This document shows, in pieces, positions 48,485 to 57,900 of a stretch of DNA of 64,000 nucleotides. Source of the stretch: Candidatus Omnitrophota bacterium. GTDB lineage: Bacteria; Omnitrophota; Gorgyraeia; Duberdicusellales; 4484-171. Both the position numbers and the translations under genes were made by a program. Under the pieces are notes generated by a model, which was not told the origin of the DNA, made no database searches, and was given only the letters and a program-made list of their open reading frames with translations. How positions within the stretch are numbered: position 1 is the stretch's first letter; the number at the start of each line of letters is the position of its first letter. Location of the stretch: positions 66,334 through 130,333 of the forward strand of contig JBAWWL010000003.1 in assembly GCA_037146775.1 (NCBI GenBank), read 5' to 3'.

Positions 48485-49874
48485 GCTTAGAAAGAAAAGA
48501 AAAAATATTTATTTTTCCGGTTTGCTAATGTTTAGTGATTTCCTGGCAGTTATTATAGCTTTTATCTTCTCTTATCTTTTCCGTTTTTATTCAAGGCTTT
48601 TTTCTGTTCCCTTCGGTGTGCCGCGCTGGCAAGATTATATTGTGCCTGTATTATTCATAGCAGGACTGCTTATTTATTTTATCAACAGCCGAGGCCTTTA
48701 TAAGCCCGATCCGGCAAAGAAATTTATCGATCAGGCTTTCCCGCTTATTAAATGCACCTGTATTACTATGCTTATTGTGTTCGCCGGAACATTTTTTTAC
48801 CGCGAGGTGAGCTACTCACGGCTTTTACTTTTTATTATCTGGTTTAGCATAGGAGTACTTCTGGTGTTTTTCCGCTATTTACTGAACATTTTTTATCTTC
48901 AGAATATATTGCCGAGGATCCGAAAGAAAATCATTATTGTTTGTAAACCGGAAAGTGTTGAACATATCCAAAAATATAATACTTATTTTACACATTATGG
49001 GACTATCGCAGGTTTTGTTTCTATTCGTAAACAGGTGCAGGAAAAAACGGAAATACCATGCCTGGGCCACATAGATGAATTTGAACACATTTTGGATAGT
49101 TTGAAGCCGGATGAGGTAATACTCGCCGATTTGGAATTGCCACGGAAGCGTATTACTACTCTCATTGTGGAATCAGAAAAACGGCTGATTAAATTTAAGA
49201 TTGTTGCTGATTTATTAGATATTATGATACAGCAATTTGAGCTTGAAAATATAGATGGTTTAAATCTGATTAAAATAAAAGAATCGCCGCTTACTCTTGC
49301 TTCTAATAGATTTATCAAAAGGCTTATAGATATCTGCGGTTCTTTTTTTGGTATAGTCTTGCTTTCGCCGTTTCTTTTGGCAGTTGCTGTACTGGTAAAA
49401 TTAGGTTCAAGAGGGCCAGTATTCTTTTCTCAAGAACGAGTAGGCGAAGATGGCCGGATTTTTAAAATTTATAAATTCCGCACCATGCAACAAGACGCAG
49501 AGGCACATACCGGGCCTGTATTCGTCAAGAAAGATGATGAGCGCTGTACAAGCTTAGGAAAAACCTTGCGCAAATATAACATAGATGAATTACCCCAGCT
49601 TTTTAATGTATTGAGGGGAGAGATGAGCTTAGTTGGTCCCCGGCCAGAGCGGCCATATTTTGTAGAGCAATTTAAAGACGATATTCCGCGCTACATGAGC
49701 CGGCACCACATCAAATCCGGTATCACCGGCTGGGCGCAAGTGCATGGCCTGCGGCAGGGTACTGCTATTGACGAACGTGTGAAATACGATCTCTATTACG
49801 TCGAAAATTGGTCGGCATGGCTGGATATAAAAATTATATTTTTATCATTTTTTGCATTAAAGAATGCTTACTAG
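48474..49874 (+). CDS. Undecaprenyl-phosphate glucose phosphotransferase (WcaJ-like)
   Basis: KRLIDI, KFRTM, IDELPQLFNVLRGEMSLVGPRPE, GITGWAQV, YDLYY. Confidence 0.9.
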   Translation: MLTKLRKKRKNIYFSGLLMFSDFLAVIIAFIFSYLFRFYSRLFSVPFGVPRWQDYIVPVLFIAGLLIYFINSRGLYKPDPAKKFIDQAFPLIKCTCITMLIVFAGTFFYREVSYSRLLLFIIWFSIGVLLVFFRYLLNIFYLQNILPRIRKKIIIVCKPESVEHIQKYNTYFTHYGTIAGFVSIRKQVQEKTEIPCLGHIDEFEHILDSLKPDEVILADLELPRKRITTLIVESEKRLIKFKIVADLLDIMIQQFELENIDGLNLIKIKESPLTLASNRFIKRLIDICGSFFGIVLLSPFLLAVAVLVKLGSRGPVFFSQERVGEDGRIFKIYKFRTMQQDAEAHTGPVFVKKDDERCTSLGKTLRKYNIDELPQLFNVLRGEMSLVGPRPERPYFVEQFKDDIPRYMSRHHIKSGITGWAQVHGLRQGTAIDERVKYDLYYVENWSAWLDIKIIFLSFFALKNAY

Positions 49875-49880
49875 TAAAAA

Positions 49881-50173
49881 GATTACAGTGATTATTAAAT
49901 GATTACAATGATGACGAAAAAGATTGCAGTGATTTGAGGTGTGGTTCTCCAGTATTTCGGTAACGGTAACGATGCCTGTATCGGTTACGTTTTATGGTAA
50001 AGGCTTATATTATAAAAGACGAATTACGTAACCCTTAGACGAAACGAGCATCGTAACCGTAGCCGGTTTCCATTATTATGAAGCGTTGTGCGGCAGGCAG
50101 GGATTATGGTGATTATGAGAAAGATTACGGTGATTAAAGAATCTCTGTAATCTATATTTAATCTTTGTAATCA
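49881..50173 (+). repeat. GATTAC-based 9/11-12-bp inverted arrays with a nested inverted hexamer (CGGTAA) array
   Basis: gattacagt gattattaaat gattacaat...gattgcagt | cggtaacggtaacgatgc...gcatcgtaaccgtagccg | gattatggt...gattacggt then aatctctgt aatc...tttgtaatc. Confidence 0.8.
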
Positions 50174-50184
50174 ACCTACATAAA

Positions 50185-51519
50185 ATGATTATTAAAAGAT
50201 TAGACTACATCAGCGAGTTTTTCCTTTTTGTGCTCATGGTGGGTATTACCGTTAACAACGCTCCCACGGAAGTGGCATCTTATCTTCTTATTTTTATTTT
50301 TTTACTGAAACATATTATTCGTCGCGACATCAAACTGCCCAGCTCCCCAATAAATATATTTTTATGCATGTATTCTGTCGTAGTGCTGGTTACGCTCATA
50401 CACAGTAGTTATTTTGGTGAAAGTATAAAAGGTTTTTCGCGGGTTCCTAAATATATATTTTTATATCTTGCCCTGGTTGAACTTTTTAAAAATGATCTGA
50501 AGCGATTAAATCGTTTTTTTTGGATAATAATGGTTGTTTCTGCGGTTACTTTTATAAATGGTGTATTCCAGAGTATTTTTGGTTTTGATTTTTTCAGGCA
50601 TAACGCCATAGATGGGCCGACATCGTTATGCCGTATCAGCTCATCATTTGTTCATTCTAACGACTTCGGATCTTACATAATTACAGTATTGCCTTTGACA
50701 TTCTTGATATTTTCTTCGCTTATCAGCAAAAGAAAAAGGTTAGCATTATTACCCGTAAGTCTTTTGGGTTTTTATTGCCTTTTAAGAACATCTTCTCGGG
50801 GGGCCTGGCTCGGTTTTCTTATAGCAATAATCATATATTTTTTTATGTATAAGAAAAAAATCGCTATACTTATACCTATTATTTTCATAATTTTGATTAT
50901 GTTTTTGCCTTACGGATTCGAACGCGTAACAAGTATTTTTAAGACTAACCAAGGGACTGTCTGGGAAAGAACCAAGCTTTGGCAGGGTGCGTGGGGTATG
51001 ATAAAAGAACATCCTGTTTTAGGCCTTGGCGTAAACACCTTTTCTAAAAATTTTCCTCAATATAAACCCGCAGATTATCCGGACTTAAGATATGCGCATA
51101 ATTCTTATCTACAGATGTGGGCAGAAATAGGATTGTTAGGGTTAATTATATTTTTAGCTATGCCTTTGACTATTTTGGCTAAAGCTTTCAAGGGTATAAA
51201 AAATGAAATTCCATATACTTCCCGCGGCAAGCTCGCCTCGCTTGAGCTTCGGCGAAGCGGGCCGCGGGGTATTCAGTTCATTCCTCCGAAGCCGAATTCC
51301 CTGCGACAAACTACAGGGTGTTCGGCGGAGGAGAATAAAATAAAAGCTGGTCCCCAAGGTTTAATCCTTTTGGGAGCTGTGTGTGGTTATGTGGGGTTTT
51401 TAGTGCAGAGTGGTATGGATAACAACTTATTTTCTCTTGTCCTTACTACTCTTTTTTGGGTATTCAGTGCTTACATTGTTTCCTGGAATAGTTATCTTGA
51501 AAATAAAAACCATGCCTAA
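50185..51519 (+). CDS. O-antigen ligase (WaaL/Wzy_C) family protein with an in-frame MITE insertion
   Basis: HSNDFG, TSSRGAW, R..LW, HPVLGLG, AHNSYLQMWAEIG. Confidence 0.85.
   Translation: MIIKRLDYISEFFLFVLMVGITVNNAPTEVASYLLIFIFLLKHIIRRDIKLPSSPINIFLCMYSVVVLVTLIHSSYFGESIKGFSRVPKYIFLYLALVELFKNDLKRLNRFFWIIMVVSAVTFINGVFQSIFGFDFFRHNAIDGPTSLCRISSSFVHSNDFGSYIITVLPLTFLIFSSLISKRKRLALLPVSLLGFYCLLRTSSRGAWLGFLIAIIIYFFMYKKKIAILIPIIFIILIMFLPYGFERVTSIFKTNQGTVWERTKLWQGAWGMIKEHPVLGLGVNTFSKNFPQYKPADYPDLRYAHNSYLQMWAEIGLLGLIIFLAMPLTILAKAFKGIKNEIPYTSRGKLASLELRRSGPRGIQFIPPKPNSLRQTTGCSAEENKIKAGPQGLILLGAVCGYVGFLVQSGMDNNLFSLVLTTLFWVFSAYIVSWNSYLENKNHA
51205..51339 (+). mobile_element. IS200/IS605-like MITE inserted in frame, with a nested 32-bp palindrome (51231-51262)
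   Basis: cccgcggcaa[gctcgcctcgcttgagcttcggcgaagcgggc]cgcggggtatt...; 3' part recurs inverted at 56692-56760. Confidence 0.75.
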
Positions 51520-52402
51520 AAATTACTCTTTAGCGGCAGTCATACTTACTTGCAATTCGGAAAAGAAACTAGAGCAATGTTTAGCTTCTCTGTCTGGGTG
51601 GGTAGACGAAATTATATTGGTTGATGGTCAAAGTCATGACCGCACCATTGCGATTGCTGAACGTTTTGGGGCCAAAATATATTCGCACGCATTTTTAGGG
51701 GCTTTTTCGAAAGAAAGGAATTTTGGAATAGAAAAAGCAAATAGCCAATGGGTTTTGCAGTTAGATAGTGACGAAGTGGTAACTCAGGACTTTAAGAACA
51801 CCTGTGATGAGGCCTTGCCAAGCACTTTATGCGTTTCGTTTAAGTTTCTGCGCAAGAACAACTTTTTGGGGCATTTTTTCCAGTATGGCGGCTGGCATCA
51901 TTGGTCGCAGCACTTACTTAAAAAAGGTTATGCTCATTATGAGGGCAGAGTCCATGAGCGCATGGTGGTAGACGGTGAGGTGGGGTTGATTGAGGCGGAT
52001 ATATTGCATTTTCCGTTCGACAGCCTTACAGAATTCATCGAGCGGCAAAATCGTTACACGACTTTACAAGCCCAAGATATCCTGGATGGCGAAAAAGACC
52101 TCACCATGAAAAAAATTAAATATAATATTATCTGGAAACCGCTGAAACTTTTTAAAAAAATGTACCTGAATAAAAAAGGCTATAAAGAAGGAATGTATGG
52201 ATTTGTTTTTTCGGTATTATTTGCCTGGGTACATTTTGTAAAATGGGCGAAGGTGTGGGAAGTGTACAGTAAGACAGAAGTCAGAGGTCAGAAGACAGAA
52301 GTTAGGGACAGAGGTCAGAGAACAGAAGACAGAGGACAGGGGTCAGAGGACAGAGGTCAGAGAACAGAAGACAGAAAACAGAGGGCGGAAGACAGAGGAT
52401 AG
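51512..52402 (+). CDS. GT2 (WaaE/KdtX-like) glycosyltransferase with a repeat-encoded C-terminal tail
   Basis: WVDEIILVD, LDSDE, GRVHE, NRYTT; tail KTEVRGQKTEVRDRGQRTEDRGQ... Confidence 0.85.
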   Translation: MPKNYSLAAVILTCNSEKKLEQCLASLSGWVDEIILVDGQSHDRTIAIAERFGAKIYSHAFLGAFSKERNFGIEKANSQWVLQLDSDEVVTQDFKNTCDEALPSTLCVSFKFLRKNNFLGHFFQYGGWHHWSQHLLKKGYAHYEGRVHERMVVDGEVGLIEADILHFPFDSLTEFIERQNRYTTLQAQDILDGEKDLTMKKIKYNIIWKPLKLFKKMYLNKKGYKEGMYGFVFSVLFAWVHFVKWAKVWEVYSKTEVRGQKTEVRDRGQRTEDRGQGSEDRGQRTEDRKQRAEDRG

Positions 52403-52434
52403 AGGGCAGAAGGCAGAGATCTGGCATCTGTGTC
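52269..52434 (+). repeat. Heptamer array CAGAGGA/CAGAAGA/CAGAGGT (~21 units) plus a short inverted arm
   Basis: aagacagaagtcagaggtcagaagacagaag...gacagaggatagagggcagaaggcagag then tctggcatctgtgtc; same unit as in the WbpE-like gene. Confidence 0.95.
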
Positions 52435-52452
52435 AAATCTTAGTTTTAAACT

Positions 52453-53514
52453 ATGTTTAAGAAAATATTAATTGTACGCATTGGGAATATTGGGGATGTG
52501 TTATTTACTACTCCGCTGATTCGTATTTTAAGAAAGAATCTTCCTCACACGTATATCGACATGCTAACGTCAGCGCAGGCAAGTGTGGTGGTTGAAAAAA
52601 ATCCTTACTTAAACCGGGTTTTTATCTACAAAAAATTCCATCGACTGGAGCGCTGGATACGTCGCAAAATATTATTGCAAAAACTTATTTCTCAAAATTA
52701 TGATTTATGTATTGTGCTTGAGTCTAATCCTGAATATACCAACTTTTCTTACCAGGCAGCCAAACGAGCTTTCCGTGCAGGTATTAGCGCAGAATTAAGC
52801 AACAAATTTCTTAACCGTTCGGTAGTATTTTCTCGAGATCATCATGCTATAGAAAACTATTTACGTATTATTCCTGAATTATTTAAAATAAAGATTACTG
52901 CCGACGATTACCAAATGGATTTTTTTATGGACGAGCCTCCTGAGGCGCTTAAAAATGAACTGGAAGGTTATCGTAAAAACGGTTACGTAGTGCTGCACCC
53001 TTCTTGTAGCTGCGGCCTTCCTTATCGAGGTTGGCCTATCGAGAAGTTTGTTGAGGTGGTTCGGTATCTTACAGAGAAGCAGATAGCGGTTTTTATTACC
53101 GGCATACCAGCTGATGAAGAAACGCAAAATCTTCTAAAGCAGCTATCGGCTGAACCGAACGTACATGCTTTTATCGGTCGCAGCATTAACGAAGTAGGTT
53201 ATTTATTAAAGCATTCAAAAGGGTTACTATGTTTAGATACCGGGATCTTGCATTTAGCCAGGGCCTTAGATGTTCCTTTGGTAAGCCTTTTTGGGCCGTC
53301 AGCGAAACATCATACCGGCCCCATTGGTAATGGCCGATACAAAGTTATCAGTAAAGATTTCGCCTGCAGTCCCTGTCAGTATTTTCCTGAACATCGTAAA
53401 GAAGAAAAGGCTAAGTGTATGGATGGTAACGTGCCAGCTTGTATGATAGAGATTACTCCAGTGGAAGTTTTAGCGGCAATAGATGAAATAATATTGAAAG
53501 GCAATGATAAATAA
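52453..53514 (+). CDS. GT9 LPS heptosyltransferase-like
   Basis: NIGDVLFTTP, LDTGILHLA, LFGPS, CSPC. Confidence 0.85.
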   Translation: MFKKILIVRIGNIGDVLFTTPLIRILRKNLPHTYIDMLTSAQASVVVEKNPYLNRVFIYKKFHRLERWIRRKILLQKLISQNYDLCIVLESNPEYTNFSYQAAKRAFRAGISAELSNKFLNRSVVFSRDHHAIENYLRIIPELFKIKITADDYQMDFFMDEPPEALKNELEGYRKNGYVVLHPSCSCGLPYRGWPIEKFVEVVRYLTEKQIAVFITGIPADEETQNLLKQLSAEPNVHAFIGRSINEVGYLLKHSKGLLCLDTGILHLARALDVPLVSLFGPSAKHHTGPIGNGRYKVISKDFACSPCQYFPEHRKEEKAKCMDGNVPACMIEITPVEVLAAIDEIILKGNDK

Positions 53515-54460
53515 GATTCTTTTTATTCGTTCGGATAGGTTCGGAGAATTTCTTTTGAGTTTACCTGCCATAAAGCTTGCAAAAATAAATTATCCCAAAG
53601 CCCGTATTTATCTCTTAGCTCAGCAAGACAATATAGAATTGATTCGCGGAGTTGATTTTATTGATAATTTTGTAACATATAGCGAAGCGCATTATAGTGG
53701 TTATCAGGGCGCGTGGCGTTTATCGCGCTTGTTGCGAAAAGAGCAGATAGATTGTGTGGTAGCGCTTAATCCCAAAAAGGAATTCCATTTTGCGTCTTAT
53801 TTAGCCGCGACGAAATTACGGGTCGGTTATGACCGTAAATGGGGTTGGTGCCTGAACAAAAAAATAGAGGACAAGAAGTACGAAGGCGAAAAGCACGAAA
53901 TAGAATACAACGTTGATTTAGTAAGTGTATTTTGCGAGCAGAGCTCTATCCTGCCATTTGAATTTCCCGCTGACGGTTCAGCCACGCTCGCTTTTTTGAA
54001 CGAGATGGTTGTTCCCACAAAAAAGTATATCGTCATACACCCCTTTAGTTCGCATCCGGCAAAAAAAGTTGGTACTGAATTCTGGACTGCTTTGATTGGA
54101 AAAATAAAGAATGAATTTACCAGAGATATTATTGTAATCGGCGCAGAGGAAGATCGTTTCGAGGCTGAGCAGTTAGCGCAAGAAGCAGCGGTTACTAATC
54201 TCGCAGGAAAATTAAGTTTACGTAACCTGGCAACTCTTCTTAAGCACCACTGCTCTTTTTTTATTGGCTTAGATTCGGGGCCGATGCACTTGGCATCGTT
54301 AATGCATGTTCCTGTGGTGGGGTTATTTACCATATCTAACCCAAAACGCTGGGGACCTTTTTGCAGTGATTCGCTGGTTATCCATTGCGTTGCCAACAAA
54401 TGGTTTATAGAAAAAATCGACAATATCATATCTTTCATTTCAAAACTCTACGAGAATTGA
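53504..54460 (+). CDS. GT9 LPS heptosyltransferase-like
   Basis: DRFGEFLLSLP, KHE, DSGPMHLA, RWGP. Confidence 0.85.
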   Translation: MINKILFIRSDRFGEFLLSLPAIKLAKINYPKARIYLLAQQDNIELIRGVDFIDNFVTYSEAHYSGYQGAWRLSRLLRKEQIDCVVALNPKKEFHFASYLAATKLRVGYDRKWGWCLNKKIEDKKYEGEKHEIEYNVDLVSVFCEQSSILPFEFPADGSATLAFLNEMVVPTKKYIVIHPFSSHPAKKVGTEFWTALIGKIKNEFTRDIIVIGAEEDRFEAEQLAQEAAVTNLAGKLSLRNLATLLKHHCSFFIGLDSGPMHLASLMHVPVVGLFTISNPKRWGPFCSDSLVIHCVANKWFIEKIDNIISFISKLYEN

Positions 54461-54514
54461 TCAGTTGTGTATGGCAGGTAAAAATTTAAACTACTTAAGG
54501 GGTGTTTAGTTATA

Positions 54515-54590
54515 ACCTCGACGTTATCCAAAATTTCTATGAAATTTTGGCGTCGACCCCTGTGCTTTAGCCTGCGAAGCGTGCATTTTT
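54515..54590. repeat. Palindromic MITE-like remnant
   Basis: TCGACG-ttat-CCAAAATTTC-tat-GAAATTTTGG-CGTCGA, followed by cccctgtgctttagcctgcg. Confidence 0.45.
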
Positions 54591-54613
54591 TAGGTTAAGG
54601 AGGTTTATCTATT

Positions 54614-55399
54614 ATGGCTAGATCTGCGTTGTCGGTGATTGTGTTAGCAAAAAACGAATCCCAAAGGATTAAGGGTTGCCTTGATTCAGTACGGGAGTGG
54701 GTAGATGAAATTATTGTGGTGGATGATGAAAGCAGCGATAATACTCCAGAGATAGCTAAGGCCCTTGGTGCAAACGTGTTTATCAGGAAGATGGAAATCG
54801 AAGGGCAGCATCGTAATTGGGCTTATGCGCAGGCCAAAAACGAGTGGGTGTTAAGTTTAGACGCCGACGAACGGGTGACCGAAGAGCTCAAAGAAGAGCT
54901 AGCGATCTTATTGACCACAAAACCGAAAGAGAATGCTTTTACCATACCGCGGCGTAACTTTATCGGCAATTATTGGATACGTTGGGGAGGCCAATACCCT
55001 TCTGCCCAGATAAAGTTATTTCGAAAAGACAAATTTAAATGGGAAGAAGTAGAGGTTCACCCAAGAGCATTTTTGGAAGGTGTTTGTGGCCACCTGCAAA
55101 AAGATCTCATTCATTATACCTACCGTGACTGGGCTGATTTCTTAAAGAAACTTAACAACCAGACAACGCTAGAAGCAAAGAAATGGTATAAACTTTCTTT
55201 GGAAAACCCCAAGAAGGCCCGCTATAAAATGAATTTTTTTCATGCGAGTTGGCGAACCTTGGATAGGTTTATCCGGACTTTTTTTGCGAAAAAGGGGTAT
55301 CGCGACGGCTTTATCGGATTTATGATCGCCTATTTTGCATCTCTTTATCAGATAGTAAGCTATGCGAAGTATAGAGAACTTAAACAAAATAACAAATAA
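54614..55399 (+). CDS. GT2 (WaaE/KdtX-like) glycosyltransferase
   Basis: LAKNE, WVDEIIVVDD, LDADE, EVHP, NNQTTLEA; SD AAGGAGG. Confidence 0.85.
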   Translation: MARSALSVIVLAKNESQRIKGCLDSVREWVDEIIVVDDESSDNTPEIAKALGANVFIRKMEIEGQHRNWAYAQAKNEWVLSLDADERVTEELKEELAILLTTKPKENAFTIPRRNFIGNYWIRWGGQYPSAQIKLFRKDKFKWEEVEVHPRAFLEGVCGHLQKDLIHYTYRDWADFLKKLNNQTTLEAKKWYKLSLENPKKARYKMNFFHASWRTLDRFIRTFFAKKGYRDGFIGFMIAYFASLYQIVSYAKYRELKQNNK

Positions 55400-55416
55400 C
55401 AAAATCCAAATGGCAA

Positions 55417-56643
55417 ATGAAGATAGCAGCACATAAAAGAAAGATTATTTTTGTTTTCTTAGCAATTTTGTTTATAAGTTTATTCTTTCGTTATGCTCAG
55501 CGTGCGCCTAAAAGAAAATACTGTGATTTCAGGGTTTATTATGCCACGGCCGAGCGTTTCTTGGCTAAAGACGATATTTATTCCCGGCCGGACGAGGCAA
55601 TAACACCTTTTAAGTACTCACCCATGTTTGCATTGCTGGTTGCGCCGCTTGCTTTTGTGTCTCAGAAGTGCGCAAGCCTTATTTTTTTTACGATAAGTTT
55701 TTTTTCTCTTCTTGCCGTTTTTATCTTGTCCAAAAAGTTAATTGTAAAGGAGCCGGTTACATTTAAGCAAAGATTATTGTTATATATTGTGCCGGCAGTT
55801 TTTACTTCACGTTTTATTTTTGCTGTTTTAGACTCAGGCCAGGTAACCAATATAATATTTTTCTTGGTAGTTCTTGGCCTTTATTTGTTAGAAAAGAAGA
55901 AAGAAGTGTTATCTGCGGCCAGTATCGGACTTTCGACTATGTTCAAATATACTTCAGGCTTGTTTCTTCCATACTTTGTGTTTCGAAAAAAAATAAAGGT
56001 AGTACTATTTGTAATTTTCTCCGCCGCACTCTATTGTATATTGCCAGCCCTGCATGTCGGTATCAGCCAGGAGGCAACTTATTTAAAGAAATGGTTACCA
56101 TTTATCAGCGAAACGTCTTTAGATAAAGGCTCATGGTATGATCCAAAAAACCAGTCGCTATATTCTTTTGTTTTGCGTATCGCAGGGATGGATTCTCCTT
56201 TCCGGTTAATAGCCAAGCTGACTCTTTGGCAGGGCTTAGCGGTAGCGTTCTTGATAGGTGCATTTATATATCTTTTAATTCTTATTAAGGCAAAGAAACA
56301 AAATAGTAGTAATCGAATAGATTATGCGTTGTTGTTTCTTTGTATGGCTCTTTTTAATCCTAATGCCTGGCTAGCGAATTTCGTGGTTTTCGTCTTCGCT
56401 TATATGGTTATTTTGTATCACATAATATTAACTCGGTATAAGGACAGGCTTAGCCTGGCGCTTATGATACTTTCCTTCATGATTGCAAGCTGGTTTAGCG
56501 AATCAATGGTTGGAGATAATTTGCAGAAATTCTTCGAAAGTTTATCCACCGTTACTATTGGTGCGCTATTATTGGTTTTTGTCCTGTTACGCTTAAAATT
56601 CAGCTCAAAAACAGCAGCATTATTACCTTCAAATCAAACATAA
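55417..56643 (+). CDS. GT87/DUF2029-like GT-C membrane protein
   Basis: DFRVYY, FKYSPMFA, GQV, FK, NQSL. Confidence 0.75.
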   Translation: MKIAAHKRKIIFVFLAILFISLFFRYAQRAPKRKYCDFRVYYATAERFLAKDDIYSRPDEAITPFKYSPMFALLVAPLAFVSQKCASLIFFTISFFSLLAVFILSKKLIVKEPVTFKQRLLLYIVPAVFTSRFIFAVLDSGQVTNIIFFLVVLGLYLLEKKKEVLSAASIGLSTMFKYTSGLFLPYFVFRKKIKVVLFVIFSAALYCILPALHVGISQEATYLKKWLPFISETSLDKGSWYDPKNQSLYSFVLRIAGMDSPFRLIAKLTLWQGLAVAFLIGAFIYLLILIKAKKQNSSNRIDYALLFLCMALFNPNAWLANFVVFVFAYMVILYHIILTRYKDRLSLALMILSFMIASWFSESMVGDNLQKFFESLSTVTIGALLLVFVLLRLKFSSKTAALLPSNQT

Positions 56644-56691
56644 TCCTAACATTCTTTTCTGTCGATTTTCTGATATAATAAAAAGATACAA

Positions 56692-56760
56692 TTTATTCTC
56701 CTCCGCCGAATATCCTGTGGCAAGCTACAGAGAATTCAGCTTCGGAGAAATGAACTGGAT
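56692..56760 (-). mobile_element. Second, inverted copy of the 51271-51339 MITE segment
   Basis: About 56/69 identical by manual alignment to the reverse complement of 51271-51339. Confidence 0.8.
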
Positions 56761-56799
56761 ATCCTTCAGAGTTCATAGGGGGAGTATGTGGAGTTTCAT

Positions 56800-57900
56800 A
56801 TGATGGATAAAAACAAAAAAAGCACAATATTTTTAACAGGCGCCACTGGACTGTTGGGTTCTTATTTATTAAAAATTCTCCTTGAAAATGATAATAAAGT
56901 TTATGCGCTCGTAAGAAGCAGAAAGAATAAAAGTGGCTACCAACGAGTTATTGATCTTTTGAAATTTTGGGACGATTCAATATCAGCCACTACATTAAAA
57001 AATCTTATAGCCATAGAAGGAGATATTACCTTAGACGATTTTGGATTTGAACAAAAAGATACACTAAAAGTGATTAGTTCAGAGGTTGAAGTAATTTTTC
57101 ACTGCGCAGCGTTAACAAGTTTTATAGCTCCCCTAGCTATACTTAAAAAAATAAATATAGAAGGAACGAAAAAAGTTTTTGACTTTGCATTAGGCTGCAA
57201 GAAAATTAAAAAAATAAATCATATAAGCACAGCTTTTGTGGTAGGAAATAAAAACGATATTAATTTTAACGAAGGGATGTTGAAGCTAGGACAAGGTTTT
57301 TATAATGATTATGAGCGAACTAAATACGAAGCAGAAGAGTTAATGGATGGTTATAGGAAAAAAGGAATAAATATATCAGTCTTTCGTCCAAGCCTAATTA
57401 TAGGAGAATCTAAGGATGGTAAAACTAATAATTTTAACTTTTTCTATGAGCCACATCGTTTCTTCTCGCAAGAACTTTATGCAGATTTCCCCATGAATTT
57501 AGAGTGCTCGCTAAACCTTATTAATATAGATACTGCAACTAAAGCAATTTTTTTACTTGGTTGTAGAGATGAGTCAGCAACGTATCATATAGTTTCACCG
57601 GATGACACAAATAATTATTTTTTTGCAAAGTTGTCATCAGAATATTTTGGATTCAAAATGCCAAAATTTACGCCTTTAGAAAAATTTGACTTTACGAAAT
57701 GGACATTTACACAAAAAGTGTTAGCCACCCCTTTCATTCCTTATTGCAACTATAAAAATAAGTTTATTTCTTCCTATGCCTCAAACATTCTAAAAGAATA
57801 CAAATTTGAATATCCAAAAATAGATAGTAAAAATCTGATTAGGACATTTGAGTATTGTGATAGAGTAGGATTCATTAAAAAGAAAACATACAAAATATGA
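56800..57900 (+). CDS. Extended SDR, fatty acyl-CoA/thioester reductase (NAD_binding_4, male-sterility) type
   Basis: LTGATGLLG, EGDI, FHCAA, HISTAFV, YERTK, FRPSLIIG. Confidence 0.8.
   Translation: MMDKNKKSTIFLTGATGLLGSYLLKILLENDNKVYALVRSRKNKSGYQRVIDLLKFWDDSISATTLKNLIAIEGDITLDDFGFEQKDTLKVISSEVEVIFHCAALTSFIAPLAILKKINIEGTKKVFDFALGCKKIKKINHISTAFVVGNKNDINFNEGMLKLGQGFYNDYERTKYEAEELMDGYRKKGINISVFRPSLIIGESKDGKTNNFNFFYEPHRFFSQELYADFPMNLECSLNLINIDTATKAIFLLGCRDESATYHIVSPDDTNNYFFAKLSSEYFGFKMPKFTPLEKFDFTKWTFTQKVLATPFIPYCNYKNKFISSYASNILKEYKFEYPKIDSKNLIRTFEYCDRVGFIKKKTYKI

Noticed and set aside
53827-54438. 203-aa minus-strand ORF and the other short antisense or overlapping ORFs in the track
   Set aside because: Fully overlap well-supported + strand genes and have no motifs of their own
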